Positions 1 to 13,800 of a stretch of 64,000 nt of DNA are shown here, one piece after another. The notes below the pieces were generated by a model, which searched no databases, had not been told where the DNA came from, and saw only the letters and a program-made list of their open reading frames with translations. The stretch is taken from contig CP154954.1 in NCBI GenBank assembly GCA_039621445.1, positions 22,270,954-22,334,953 of the forward strand, read 5' to 3'. Made by a program: the position numbers and the translations under genes. The stretch's first letter is position 1; each line of letters opens with the position of its first letter. The stretch comes from Euglena gracilis (Eukaryota).

Positions 1-1708
1 CACCGCAGCGCACCCCTGGCCTCCGGCTGCAGCACCACCACCTGAGCGACGTTGTGCTGGATCTGTGCCCCACAGTCGTACGGCAGATTGACGCAGCCGA
101 CGTGCCGGATGGGGTCCCGCATCTGGCCCATCCCACTGCCACACCGCACCATTCCCCTCCGGGAGGGGGGGGGATGGGGTTGTTTCGAGAGAGTCGGGGG
201 GGGGGGGCAATGGGGTGCTCCCCTCGGCAGTGGGATGCTCCGGACGTCCATCGTGATGCTCTGCCGCCGCCCACGGGCCAGGCTGGCCGCCTCTACCATT
301 TTCGAGAAACGGAGCGACGCTTCCTTCCCTGGGTGACCCATACTGCACTTGGGTGTTCAGGCGCTGAGGCAGGAAACCCCAGAAGCGTCCATGCCCCCCC
401 CCCACCATGGTAATGCGCAAAGAAAAATTCATTCACGAACTTTCGACCTAAAAATCGGCGCCGTGGAAAACCCGGGAAGGTATGGTGGGCGGGGGGGGGG
501 ACCCCCAACCACAATCGGGGTGGGGGAGTGTCACCGCCCGGTGGGCTTGCGGGATCCCCGTTCCGCCCTGGACGGCGTTGGGGGGGGGGGGCGTCCCAGA
601 CTCTTCCCCTTAAGGGGGGGGCAACGAGAGGATGGAGCCAGTGAGCCGGGTGAGAGGGGCTGGGGAACCCCAGACAAAACGCGGGACGGGGAAATGGGGG
701 CAGAAAAGGCGTTAGGCCCATTGGGGGCAGCAAACCGCCCGGCAGGGGGGAAGGAGGGTGGCCGCGGCCGATGGGCGCGTGGGGAGCGATAGGCAGGACG
801 GACATGGGGAGGAGGAAGCTCTGCCGGCCGGCCTCCTCCAGCAGGGCGCAGGTGAAGGTGACGTCCAGGGCGGTGGTGGTGCTGGGCTCGAGGTCAGCGC
901 CAGGGGGCCTCAAAGGCAGGCGGGGACCGTGGCGGACAGGAGGGTGGGCGGCCGACGCGTGTGGAGGCGGCTCTCGGAGGCGGAGGCAGACGGAACACGC
1001 GAAGGGACGCACGCTGTGCACCGCTTCAGAGCACAGCACGACGCGGAATGACGGAGACGCATGAGCACCGAGGCGGTGCTGAAGCAAAAAGAAATCCCGT
1101 CCCAGCACATTCGATGAAATCTCCACAAGAAAACGGGCGAAAAAAATGGCCATATTTTGGCGAAACAATGGGTCGACCTTGGGGGGGGGGAGCAATTTTT
1201 GGAATTCCTGGAGCATCACCCACCTGAAAAAATGGCAAAAAAAAAACCCCGTGTTTTCGACATTTCGGACGTCTGGGCGTCAAAGCCGTTCGATGCCTGA
1301 CGCCTGGACCCCCGTTGGCCGCCTTGGGCCTAAGGGCGGTCCTCAAGGGGCGGTCCTTGAGAATAAAAACTTCACCGCCCTGAAGAGCACCACCCACCCA
1401 CACACCCACACACACCCACACCCACCCACACCCACCCACACACACCCACCCACACCCACCCACACACCCACACACACCCACACCCACCCACACACACCCA
1501 CCCACCCACACACACCCACACACCCACACACACCCACACCCACACACCCACACACCCACACCCACCCACACACACCCACCCACACCCACCCACACACCCA
1601 CACACACCCACACCCACCCACACACACCCACCCACCCACACACACCCACACACACACCCACCCCCACCCCCCCACCCACACCCACACCCACACCCACCCC
1701 CCCACACC

Positions 1709-1747
<39 letters not shown>

Positions 1748-1770
1748 ACCCACCCACACACACCCACACA

Positions 1771-1811
<41 letters not shown>

Positions 1812-4800
1812 ACCCACCCACACACACCCACACACACACACACACCCACCCACCCACACACACCCACACACACCCACACACACCCACACACACCCACACA
1901 CACACACACACACACCCACCCACACACACCCACACACACCCACACACACACACACACACCCACACACACCCACACCCCCACACACCACACACACACACAC
2001 ACCCACCCAACACACCACACACCCACACACACCCCACACCCACACACACCCACACACCCACACCCCACCCACCACCCACCCACACACACCCACACACACA
2101 CCCACACACCCACCCACACACACCCACACCCACCCACACACACCCACCCACCCACACACACCCACACACACCCACACACACACACACACACCCACCCACC
2201 CACACACACCCACACACACCCACACACCCACACACACCCACACACACACACACCCACCCACACACACCCACCCACACACACCCACCCACCCACACACACC
2301 CACACACACACACACACACCCACCCACACACCCACACCCACACACCCACACACCCACACACACCCACACCCACACCCATCCACCCACCCACACACACGCT
2401 CGCGCGCGCGCCTTCGCGCAGGAACGGCAAAATAAGCAGCCTGGAGACACCCTGGGCCTGCAGCTGGGGCCCGGCCCAGTAATAATAAAACAGGGAGGGC
2501 GAGCCCTCAGTGAGGTCTGGGCCCGCGCCCAGCGGATATCGTACTGGGTCGCCCTCCGGCGGCACCTCCTCCAACTGCGAGAGGCGGCGGCGGGGGGGGG
2601 GGGGGGCTGTGCTCAGGGTGCACGCAACTCATCTCGAGCAATTATATGGACCACATATCTAACCCCCCCCCAAACGCGTTCTCAGCCATTTGAATCGGGT
2701 AACACTCCATACATGACACAGCTGCGTTCACAAATTGGGTCACCCCCCCAAAAAGTGCACGGGTGCGCACATTTTAAAGACGTCATTTCGGACCCTGAAG
2801 GGGTGTGCACTTAAAGCACGAAATACTTAATTTTCCACCGCTCTTCTTCATTTTTCCCCCTTCTTGTGATGCCAAGCAATGAGTCGAGTGATTATGTGTC
2901 AAATTTCACAGTCTTCCAATGTCTGGCCCACCAGGAAACTGACTGTGCTTCGACAAGGCAGGGTGCCTTCAGCGTAATTGGGTGTACTTTCCGACCTGAG
3001 ATGTGACCTTTGGGCCCAAGTTTCAAACCCTTTGGTGGTGCGCACTTGTTAAGGAACTGCGTATAATTTGGGCACTGCACATAATTACACACTTATTGGG
3101 GGGGGGGGTTGCTCGCGCGCACAGGAAGCGGACCTGCCCAACGCAGGGTTCGCCGTTCAGCTGCCAATGAAAGTCCGAGAAAGCGCGCAGCTCCCCGATG
3201 GGGAAGTAGAGCTCCGCCTCTCGGAACGGGGCCAGGGGCAGGTGGGTAAAGGAGGGGGGTAAAGCGATGCCGGGAAGGGGCTGGGGACTGGGTGGAGGGC
3301 GGGGCACGCATGGGGTGTTCCGTTGACAGAGGAAAAGGGCGACCCGGATTTTTTGTTTGTAGTCACACTGGTCCAAAGAAGGGGGAAAAAAAACTAAAAA
3401 AAATGGTCAATGGTCCGAAATTGGGGGGGAAAACAAAGATGGCATCGTCCCACAAGTATAAACCCCCGGCTTTATATTTGGGCGGGAATTCAGGGCCGTC
3501 GCGGGGGACTTCCGGGATAATCAAAATTTTTGGGCAGACTCCACAAACGTTCACTGCCTTCAATTGGAATCAAATAACAGTTTTTGTACAAAATTTTGTG
3601 CACCTCCTGGTTTCCCCCAAAATACACATTTTTTTGGCCAAAATGAACCAATTATTGTGAACGTTTGTAATTATCCACACAAAATTTTTTTGATCTGCCC
3701 CGAATGGCACAGTTGGGGTGCTTTGGGAGGGGAATTGAACATTTGGGCGGCGAAACCAAACCCCCCTGTGGGGGGAGCTTCATATTTGGGGATGAATAAA
3801 ATGTCTTCTGTGCTGCAGAGTAAGAGAAGCCCACATGGACACAGATGGTGGCGCGCTTCCCCTGGACGTGTTCTCGAACTCATAGTGCAGGTCCACGCTC
3901 GCCTTCTGGTGGCGCAGCTGGACGTGCACCGTGAGCTTCGCGCAGGGGAAGGGCTTGCCGGTGTGGACGGCGGTGGGGCCAACCTTCAGCGAGGGGCCCT
4001 TCAGACGGTCATGACTGCTCTTCGTCAGGCACAGGCGGGTGGGGGCCAACCCTTCCGGGGGGGGGGGGGGTGGCGGTCTCGCCTCCATCGTCAGGCACTG
4101 GCATGGGGGTGAGGGTGACATCAGGGGGAGGGGGTCAGCCGGACAACCAGAGGCGATTTTCTCGAAAATGGCCAAGACAGGGTCCTTTTCTGTTCCTTTT
4201 CACCGACACTGCAAAGTGCTTGCCAGATTCCTTTGGCCATTGACCGGCACAGGACCCCCCCCCCCCCTCGGAGAATCGGCATCCTGTTTTGTAACCTGAG
4301 CCACAAAGGAAATGTGCTTGCATTTGTAACACTGAAAATGAGAAAAAAAATTGCAGTTTGGCTTGAGGTGCTTGTTGGAAGGGTGTGGCATTCAGCAAAA
4401 GCGAAAGGAAACCTTTAGGAGTCTCTCTCCAAGAAGCAAACTTGAGTATATATTTTTACTGACCCGAAAGGGGGAGAGGGGAGTTCGGGCCAAAATCGAG
4501 TCGATTACTCTGAAAAAAAAAATGCGTCAGTCAAACTCTCTGGGGGTCTCAGTGAATTTCATGCATATATTGCCCACATTGTGGGCATGTTGCTGTTGTT
4601 GCCACCGTTGGTTCCCAGAATCTCCGCAGTGGGCGAGCGACCTCATGTCCCCATTTAATCCAACCCACCCCTTTTGAAAGAATCGAAGACCAGTCAGGGG
4701 CTCTCCCGGCGTGCGAGTCCAAAGCGGGCCCACCATTGTGGGCCGCCGCAGGCGGCGGGCAGGGGGAGTAACCTAAGCAGCACAACGAAGAGGGAGCAGA

Positions 4801-5490
4801 ATGGGCCTCCCATCAACGTGGCCATTTTTGGGGCTCCCCAGCACTGTGGCGCAACTCCGGGGGGGGGGGGGCGAACGCAGCTGCATCCTGGTCAAAACCG
4901 TGCCTTCGGAACAAGGGGGCAGTGGTGACTGACCTCATTCTGGCCGATGGAGTGGGTCTGCTAATCTTCTGGAATTATGATAGGAATGGAGGATGGGAAG
5001 GGCAATGCATTTGGTGCCGAATCAAGCTTCAGAAGGGTCACCCAAAACCCCAGGTGTTCCAAAAGAAAAGAAAAACTCCGCCTCCCGAAACGACACCATT
5101 GACCGGCCCTAGCTTGCTTGCGCAGAACAATTTCCCTGTGGGAAACCGGAGGTCAGCAGTGTACCGCAGCAGAGGCCCGACACTGGATGAAACCCCCCCC
5201 CCCAAAAATGCAAATGGTGGTTGTTCTCTCACGTGGCTGTTCCACTCGCAGGCATCAGCCACAGGAGCAGATGCGTGCCGGTATATGTAGGTGGACATGC
5301 ACAGCTGTGGGTGCCAAGTTAGAACAGGGAATGGAGCCTACGGCTGTGCTGCATCGTTTGCCACCCAGCGGTGACGGGGGCAGCGAGACAAGGCCGGTGG
5401 GGGCTCACCCCTGGGCGAAGGGCGCGGGGCTCTCCAGGGGCTGGCTGGGGGACGGCGGGGCTGGGTCGTCCTCGTCCTCGTTGTCCATCG
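1..5490 (-). CDS. Exons of a VIT (vault protein inter-alpha-trypsin)-like domain; gene runs off the left edge; may be the C-terminus of the RRM gene
   Basis: Spliced reading: VHVQLRHQKASVDLHYEFENT (~4026-3868) | FREAELYFPIGELRAFSDFHWQLNGEPCVGQ (3227-3134) | LEEVPP..LFYYYWAGPQLQ (2574-2458) | DLEPSTTTALDVTFTCALL..FLLPMSVLP (895-~775) .. SITMDVR | MRDPIRHV (from 123). Matches by eye the VIT pattern A.v....F.N..EA.y.FP..f....g...G and nl.P..i...L..f.lP. Further probable exons at ~5417-5490, 6500-6640, 7400-7470, 9550-9670 and 10590-10790 are not fully linked. Confidence 0.55.
124..240 (-). other. Nonconventional intron (117 bp) with perfect 12-bp CAT-ended inverted repeats
   Basis: CATCCCACTGCC at 129-140 and GGCAGTGGGATG at 226-237. 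TSD 5/8. Removal restores MDVRMRDPIRH. Confidence 0.7.
896..2457 (-). other. Nonconventional intron containing a 1-kb CA-type microsatellite
   Basis: CAG|GCC-CAGGGTGTCTC ... GAGGCCCCCTG-GCGCT|GAC. Removal restores PQLQDLEPS. Confidence 0.6.
1388..2398. repeat. Complex (CA)n/(CCCA)n microsatellite
   Basis: About 1 kb of CA/CACC units; source of spurious HT/CV-rich ORFs. Confidence 0.98.
3228..3867 (-). other. Nonconventional intron (640 bp)
   Basis: AC|GTC-CAGGGG ... CCCCTG-GCCCC|GTT. Removal restores EFENTFREAELYFP. Confidence 0.65.
4755..5416 (-). other. Nonconventional intron (662 bp)
   Basis: TTC|GCC-CAGGGGTGAG ... CTCCCCCTG-CCCGC|CGC. In-frame join APF|RLRRPTMVGP. Confidence 0.5.
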
Positions 5491-8426
5491 GTGGCAGGCC
5501 CGCCCATCAGCCACGGACGCCGCAGTGCCTTGGGGAACCCCTTTCCCGGCGTCGCTGCGGTCGACTATTTGCAGCCTGCTGGCTGGTGGGGGAAAAGGGA
5601 GGGTCGAGGGTTGCATGAACGTCCCCACCACTGGTTCTCTTCGGGTCTCTTGAGGGGCGCTTCTGTGCCTCGACTCACTCGCCCCCCTCCCCTCATACCC
5701 CCTCCCCTGGGCTGTCCGAAACACCAAAGATTATGCCACCACGTGACACGCTTCAGGGTTCAACTGGTTGCCTTCAGTTCAAGTGGTGTATGACTCAATG
5801 GGTCATTGAGTGGCCTGGCTTCCAGGTCCACTGAGGGATCCGCCTCCTCGTCATTGGGCTTCTTCCGCTTCAGAAGCCTTCAGAGAGAAAAGATTGGCGA
5901 TTGCCTGCTCTGCTTGCACTGACTCAAAACCGGAGAAAATGAAAATATTCTCATGAATCGGGTTAAGCGTCAAGATGCCATTATGAAATGCGATCAACGA
6001 CAGGTGGATGAACCCACAAAATGTTTTTCCGGATTTTGAAGGATGGCTGTTACTCCAAAAATTTCGGGTTAAAGGGCCAGAATCAGTTCTTTGGGCCGCC
6101 AACTAACCTTCCCTGATAAAGGAATGTTGAGAGCCCCTCTGGTGCCAGATAGCAGGTTCTTACTTTGATCAGCACTTCAGACATCCCCTTTCGAAGAGGG
6201 GGTTCTCCAAATCGCTCATCTCGGGGAATATTAACGAGACCCTGTTGATTGGTAGATGAGTTGAAATAACTTACCAATCTTTTCTTGAACAATTTGGATG
6301 GGGCCACAACAAATGATCAGACTGCAATATCAACCGACCAAAAGATGGGGAATCACAACACATTGGGAACTATGCCAAACCATGCCACCGTGCACAGTTG
6401 CAGGGCTCTAAAACGGTTCAAGCGGACGGAGGAGTGGCAGGCAAACATTGGCACAGCACCCTTTGGGGCATCTGGTGACGCAAGAGCCGGAACCCGGTGC
6501 AATTCCAGGTCGCCGGCGAAACGGGGGCCGGAGGGACCTGCTGCTGGCACTGCCCTCCGAGCGATTGGTCCGCGGCGACGTGCTGGCCGACGTCGGGGAC
6601 GACTGGGCGGAACAGCGCACAGATCGCCATCGACAAAACCGTTGCACCCCCATCCATGGCAGGGGTTGGAGGTGGTTTGTGGAGGCTGTTTAACCCGGGG
6701 GGTAAGAGAGGGGGTTTAAAAAAGTTCGAAGAGGCTCGAGTTCGAACGTTGGAGCTCGAGCCTCCTCCTAAGGCACCCCTCCCCCCCCCGCTCGGACGTC
6801 CCTGGCCAACCAACACACGACCGCTCGGGGAAATCATAATCATGAATGGCCAAAAATAGGAGGGGCTCCCCCGACGCCGGAGGCGGCCGTCTGATTGAAG
6901 GGGTTACCACTGGAGAGACGTGGTTGGAACCGCCGACAGAGCGGCAGGCGGGGACTAGCACTGTGCACAGGCGGTGAGCCGGTGACAAGGCAGGGAGGGG
7001 GACACCTGCCGCGGCACTGGTTTGCGGCTGCTCTTCTTAGTTGACCGGCTGACCCGGAGGGGCTCCATCTGGAGGACGTTGCTGAGCGTGGGCAGGGCGT
7101 GTCGCCGGGCCAATCACTGGCCACGAGATGGATCGCTCCATCCCATGACGAGACCCAGATTGAGCAATCGAGACCCACCCAGGACCAATCCATCGCATAA
7201 AGAGACAGAATTGAGCAATCCTGCTCTTCTTCTTGAAAAAGAGAAGATGAAACAAAATATGTTTCGGCATGTACAATTAGAAAAACTAGATGTGTGAATC
7301 GTAACCCAAACACAATTCAATTATAAGAATTAAAAGCCAGTGGAACATTATTGACCACAGAAAACGAGGTTTTAAATCCCGGCACCCCCTGAGGTACGGG
7401 GCGGCTTCGGCATGCTCGCATCCGCTTCATCATGCACTTCTCCAAATGTTTGGTGTAGGCCTCCCTCAGGGCGGGATGAGTTGGTCTCCCCTTCCCCAAC
7501 CCAGGGCTTGACATAAGGGCAGACGGGGTGGGTGAGTCGGACCCTCCTGGTCGAGCAGGGGGAGGGGTGGGGTGGACAACCCCCCTCCCCCCTGAACAGT
7601 GGTGCGGTTCGGGCAACCAAACATTGGCCCGCTTTTCGCTGGGCTGAAAAAAATTGTCCCCCCCAAAATTGCCAAAAGTGCCACTTCGGGGACTTTTTTG
7701 GGCCAAAATGCCAAAATTTTCGGTACAAAGCGCCGGAAGTAAGATCTTTCTTACTTATTGGGGGCCCTGGGTACCCCCCCCCCCCCCCCGGGCTCGGTCC
7801 GGACCTCCTTGGCAGGCGGGGGGGGGGGGGGGGCTGGTCCAGACCTCCCCTCCGGTCCAGGGGGGGACACCCCCCTCTATAACCCGCGCACTCCTTATAT
7901 TGAACCCTGGCCCCTACCTGCTAACCCTTTTCATTCTGGAAGACCAATCAAAAGGTGGGCCTGGGGTGAGGAGTGATGAGGAGAGGTCTTTGCAGTTGCC
8001 ATCGCTGCAAAAGACAGTTTTACTTCATTTTCTTCTCATTTGCATTTTCTGTTGAATCAAATGACCCTCGGGGAAGAAAAATGCATCAATCCGCTTCTCA
8101 TGATGGATGATTTTGTCGGAAAATTGCCCGATTGCACATGCACATGTGCAAACATGCACCAAATTCTCATTCTAACCGACAATAAATTCTTCAACTCCAC
8201 CCTCTCTCTGCCAACCCCCCCCAGCCTGCGTTCAATGGAGGCGGAATTCGACAAGGGGGGAGGTCACAGGGTTGGCGACATTGGGATTCCTTCAGACCCC
8301 GATTTCGGATGAGGTCTCTCAACCCGTCCTGGTGTTGGAGTTGACTACGGACCCACAATTGTCGCATGGGAATAGCACCCCCTGCGAAAAGGGGACACGG
8401 TTGAGACATGGTTGACTGATAGCTTA

Positions 8427-8812
8427 CCCCCCCCCTATGTCCAATGACCAGTAACCTCTGTCCTCTGACCGGGGGGGTGGTCGTTGGACATAGGGTAATG
8501 ACCAAAAAGGTGTCCTCTGACCGGGGGGGGGGGGGGGGTGGTCGTTGGACATGGGGTCAAAAGAAAGTTGGTGGGTGCCCGGGTCCCCACCCACCCAAAA
8601 ATGCCCAAATTTTCCCTTCTGGCGCTTTTGGGCGATTTTGACAATTTTTTGTCCAAAAAGTGTCAAAAATGGCAATTTGGCCAAATTTTTGGCCAAATTT
8701 TGGGCAAAATTTTTCGACCAAAAATTTGGTCAAACCTCCGAAAAGGTGTCCTCTGACCGGGGGGGGGGGTGGTCATTAGACATAGGGGGTCGTTGGACAT
8801 AGGGGGGGGGGG
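8427..8812. mobile_element. MITE with TA TSD
   Basis: TA-CCCCCCCCCTATGTCCAA ... TTGGACATAGGGGGGGGG-TA, with internal repeats TCCTCTGACCGGGG..GTGGTC.TT.GACAT. Confidence 0.8.
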
Positions 8813-10845
8813 TACAGCACAAAAAAAAAGCCAGCCCTGTGCTAAGAAAAGCTGCCAAAAAAATCGTTTTACTTCTTGGCAAACGACAGAGGTGTCCCAG
8901 CCTGAAGCATAGAAAAGTACGAAAACCTTTTCACTTGCTGATTCCATAATTTGAACACTGTGTATGGATTGAGAAGGTCTTGAGCGCTCCACCTAGATAC
9001 TGCGGTGACCTTTTCGCCAACCAAGCGTTTGGGGATGTTTGGATACACAGATGGTCAGACTGGAGATGGTGGGGTTTTTGGTGGCGCGAAAAAAAAAACG
9101 AAAACGTTCTCTGATCAGGGGTGGTTGTCGGATGTGGAGGAATGCAAAAGCTTTCCTCATTTTCGCCAATGGCGTGGGCCACCAGGAGGTTGCATGGTAA
9201 TTATATATATATATATCCCTTTCAAAAAATGCTGGCTTTCCATACACAGGAAAACTTGGGGAAAATTCGATCATGGGCCTCAGCATGCGGACAACACCAA
9301 ACTTTTGAAAGAAGTTTACTATAAGCATCCAAAAAAGAATTCTGGGTGGTCAAGGCCAAAGGTTGGTAACGTTGGTCGGTCCTAATTAGGCGAACCCGAA
9401 AACGCCACTTCTAAAAAAAAGCAGACGCCCCTGATGCCATATTTTCACTCCCACCTTCCACCGCCCAACACCATTGTTGCAAATCCACGCGCCTTCAACG
9501 GTGACATTCTGGCTGTACACCCGGCAGGCACTTGCATGCTGCAGGGAGGGGCAGGGCGAGCACGCGCCTCCCCATCAGCTTCGGCGGCCATTTCCGGAAA
9601 CACCAGCCGCCCCTTGCCCAGGGCCTTCCCCGCCTCCATCGGCCGGTCACATCGTCGGCGGCACGCTGGCGGGCGGGGGGGGGGGGGGCTGGTGTCCAGT
9701 GTGGCGGAGCAAGCCACCGCCAAAGAAATCCTGCTGAGTAGGAAATGGGTTGGGATACGCGATCCTCACGATTCCAAAAATAAGGAGAGATACCCCGCTT
9801 GTCCAGTTGTCGAGAACTTCAACACACAAAGGGTAACAAACCAGTGTGTTGTGTTCTTGCGCGCTTGTCAGGGTACACTCCGTGCTGATTCCAGTTCCTG
9901 GCCATCCGGTGGCAAAGGAGTTGTTGGCTGCACTGGCGGTGAACCCCACCCCCAAAATGCTATGGCTTTGCAATACCCTAATACCTGAACTTTGCAAGGG
10001 GGAAAGCCAAAAATTAGTCTGTCCAAATCCCTTTGTCACCCCTCACAAAGAACAACGGGAACATGATGCATCCTTCCGGAAAGTCAGGAGCCAATGAACA
10101 AAAAAAAAACACCATAAATGCCATGTTCTTGCTGTTCGATGACCAGAAGAATTACACCACGTTAAGCTCTTTGGTAAAAGAAGCATTTTACACCAAATTG
10201 CTTTCAGGGAAAATGGTAACTCAATCCATCAACATTTTCTAGCTTCTGCCCAGATGGCTTTGCAGGGGTAAAAGCTAATGAGTCGAGTAAAAGCGAATGA
10301 TAATTGGTCTATTAACTTTCCAGGGGGCATCGTTATTTGGGGAGTCACCATTTATGGTTGGCTAGGCTGCAATCAACAGGGCTCCCAGGCGGGAAACCAA
10401 GGCATCCTGTTTAAAAAAAAACCAATCAGCTGCACTAGGGGAGGGGGGGGTGGACCAGAGTTGTTCACCCGGCCAGGGGGAGCAACACGAGAGCACTGAT
10501 GTAAGGGGTCCCTGGCCACTCACCACACAAACTGGGCAAGAAGCGAAATTAGCGCCGACCATTAACAGACAAGAAGCCTCACTGTGGACATGATGATCCA
10601 CAATGACATCGTCCGGCTCCGGGGGAAGCCTTGACGCTGGCAACAAGATACAATACGCCTCGCCGACAAGACGGTGCGTGCTGTCTGTCTCGCGAGGTAC
10701 AGGGGGAGGTGAGGGGAGGGGCCAGCGTGCAGCGGAGGTGCCCCGGCGTTGTGCCACCCGGCCCATACCATGGTGGGCCGTGCATCGGAAGCCCGGGCAG
10801 GTGGGTTGGGGGGTGGCCGGTCAGAAGAAGGGAGAGTACTGCCCG

Positions 10846-13800
10846 GGGTCGATGAACGCGGTGGGGTCCGACTCCACACTGCGGCTGGACTCGGCCTGGG
10901 CATCTGTCGGGAAAGGAGCGAGACGGGGCAGCGATGGTGGGGGGGAGACCACATGACGAGCACAACACACAAGGCGTGGGGGCATCCAGGGTTCCGGGGG
11001 ACACCTAGGCCCTAAACCCCCCACTTGTGAACCCCCCGGGGTTTAAAGCGTCCGGCTAGGTTGGTCGGCCGAGGGGGGGGTTTATAGGTGGGGGGTGTCG
11101 CTGAACTCTTATCCCTTTATGGGTAAGAGCGAAGCTTATCCCTGGGGAAAAGGGGGCCCCCCTCCCCCCGCCCCCCCCCCCCTGGGTCGGGGCCACCTCG
11201 GGAACCAGCTGATTATCACCATGATCCCGGCCCCTTTCCCGGAATTTTTTTTTTCCAATCGCGAGCCCTGGGTTGACCCCCAACTCCCCGCCAGGCCGGA
11301 GTTATTCACGCGCGAAGGGGTCCAAACTGGGTAGGATTGGCCCGACCCCCCCCCCCTTTGGACTCTTCCATTTCGGGCCCAAAAATCGATATTTTCAAAA
11401 TACGAAAATGATGCAAAATGAAAGGAAATGTCCCGAGACCTAAATTGAAGCCCTTGGAACGCACTATCTACTGGTATTTTGGTTTCCCCGCAACTCCCCA
11501 CCTAGCCCGAGATACGGCCTTTTTTTTTTCGGCCCAGATGGCCGTTTTGTACACTTTTCCCACTGTCCGACTTCCGTTTTCGGGGGGGGGGGGTCAAAAA
11601 ATCAATGCTTTCAAAATTCCTCGAAAATGAAGCAAAATCAAAGGAAATGTCCTGAGACCTAATTTGAAGCCCATCTGCCGGTGTTTTGATTTCCCCACAA
11701 CTCCCCACCTAGCCCAAGATACGGTCGTTTTTCGGCCAATTTGGGACATTTTGTACACTTTTTCCACTGTCAGACTGAGCCGTTCAGCAGGACAAAAAAG
11801 TCGAAACAAATCCAAAAAAAAATGAAAAATTTTATTGGCCCAAAATCATGTTTTTTGGCCTCCCGGACCCGAAAAAAATGTTTTTGAGCCGAAAATGAGC
11901 GTTTTTCGACCCGCCAGCGCCCCGTTTTGGGCCGCCAACCCATTGACTTTGGGTCAAAACCGGGTCAAAAAATTCGAAAAAAAAATCGAAAAAACTATTT
12001 GCCCGAAACGATGTTTTTTGGCCTCCCGGACCCGGAAAAACTGTTTTTGAGCTAAAAATGAGTGTTTTTTGACCCGCCAGCGCCCCGTTTTGTGCCGCCA
12101 ACCCATTGACTTTGGGTCAAAAACGGGCAAAAATATTCCAAAAAACTTCAAGAAACTCCTCTTTTCTCTGCCCCCCCCCCTTTGAGGGAACAAAAGCTCA
12201 ATCCAAGCAAGGGCTATGACAGCCTTTCAAATCAATGGCTATGGAAGCCAGGAGGGGATTACGGCCAAGGCGGCCCAAGACACAGATGTCAAGATTGGGG
12301 AAGGAGCTGGAAGAGCCAAATGCCGAACTCTTCAGCAGTGGGAACCCCACCGGTCAAACAGACCCACCCATCCCCCCCTCCATAAATCCCTTCAGGGACA
12401 GTGGGAGCAAGAAATGGCATCAACCCTTCAACACAAGGCCCTGGGGGGTATCATGTCAAGGGCCCAGGCTATGGCAGCCTGCAGCATCAGAGCCTGGACA
12501 GAGGCAGTCAATATCATCAAACTGGCAGCAGCCCAGGACAACAGGTCGAACAGATCCACCAACTCCCCCTTTCACTTACCCCTTCACCCCCCTGGGTGGT
12601 ATGGGGGAGTTGAAATTACCTCCCCCCCCCCTTGTCTAAGCACCGGAAAAGATGGGTAAGAACCGGGGGGGTGGTGCTTATTTTGCCAAAATATGGGTAA
12701 GAACCAGGGGGGTGGTGCTTGGACAAGGGGGAAAATTTTGACTGCAAAAAAAAATCCGGCGCTTCGCGCCGAAAAAGAAAATTCACCTCATTTTGGAGGT
12801 CCACTGTTGAACGTACACACATTTGGATGCAGAAACCAACAATACCTCACCAAATCAGGTCTCAGAAGTTGCAGAAATTTCGAAATTTTTGAGAAATTTC
12901 CCTTAAAAATGCACACAAAATAAACCTCCCCATGACGATGACCTTTAAAAAGATGGGTAAGAACCGGGGGGGTGGTGCTTAGACAAGGGTGGTGCTTAGA
13001 CAAGGGGGGGGGAGGTACTGTAAAAAAATCACTGAAAGTTACCGTAAATTGCATGCGTGTAAGTCATAAATTACGCGAAACTTGCAATGCTAGTCTTTTC
13101 GGCCTTCCATCACGTGCAAGTCCCATTAAGAGCTCAGCACTATTCAAACCTGGTTTATAGATCCCGGCATTGTTGGTGATAAATCCTACCTTGCGAAATG
13201 ACCACAAAACCCCCCAAAATTAGCACTTTCTGGCAAATTTGGTCAAAAATGGCATTTTTGATGATGGTCGGTCTCAAAAAACTGCCAAAAAATCAGCTTT
13301 TGGGTGGTTTGCGGCCGAAAAAATCGTCCCCGGCGCTTTTCACTTTTCTTCCCCAGGGGGGGATTGATAAGTCCCGGTTTGGTTGGTCGACTGAAGGGGG
13401 GGGGGTTATAGGTGGGGGGTCGCTGAGCTCTTATCCCTTTATGGGTAAGAGCGAAGCTTACCCCTTGGGCAAAAGGGGGGTCCAACCCCCCCCCCCCCCC
13501 GAGTCGGGTCGGGGCCACCTCAGGAACCAGCTGATTATCACCATGATCCCGGCTCTGTTCCTGGATTTTTTTTCCAGTCGCGAGCGACTGGATTTCTAGT
13601 TTCCGAATCACCTCCGTTTGACCTCTAACTCGAGAAAACACACACCATTTCCGGAAGTGTCTCACTGAAGAAATATACCCATGGAGGCCCTCTATCACCC
13701 CCCCGTTCACCGTTTTGGCGGCCGACATGCCTGGCCAGTGTTCCGGTGTGCTTTTGCGGCCCAAAACAGCCATTTTGGGGAGTTTTTTGAGCCGTTTTTT

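Noticed and set aside
1026-2574. Long HT/CV/GW-rich ORFs (also 16895-19071 and 47180-48257)
   Set aside because: Stop-free translations of CA/GT microsatellites inside introns.
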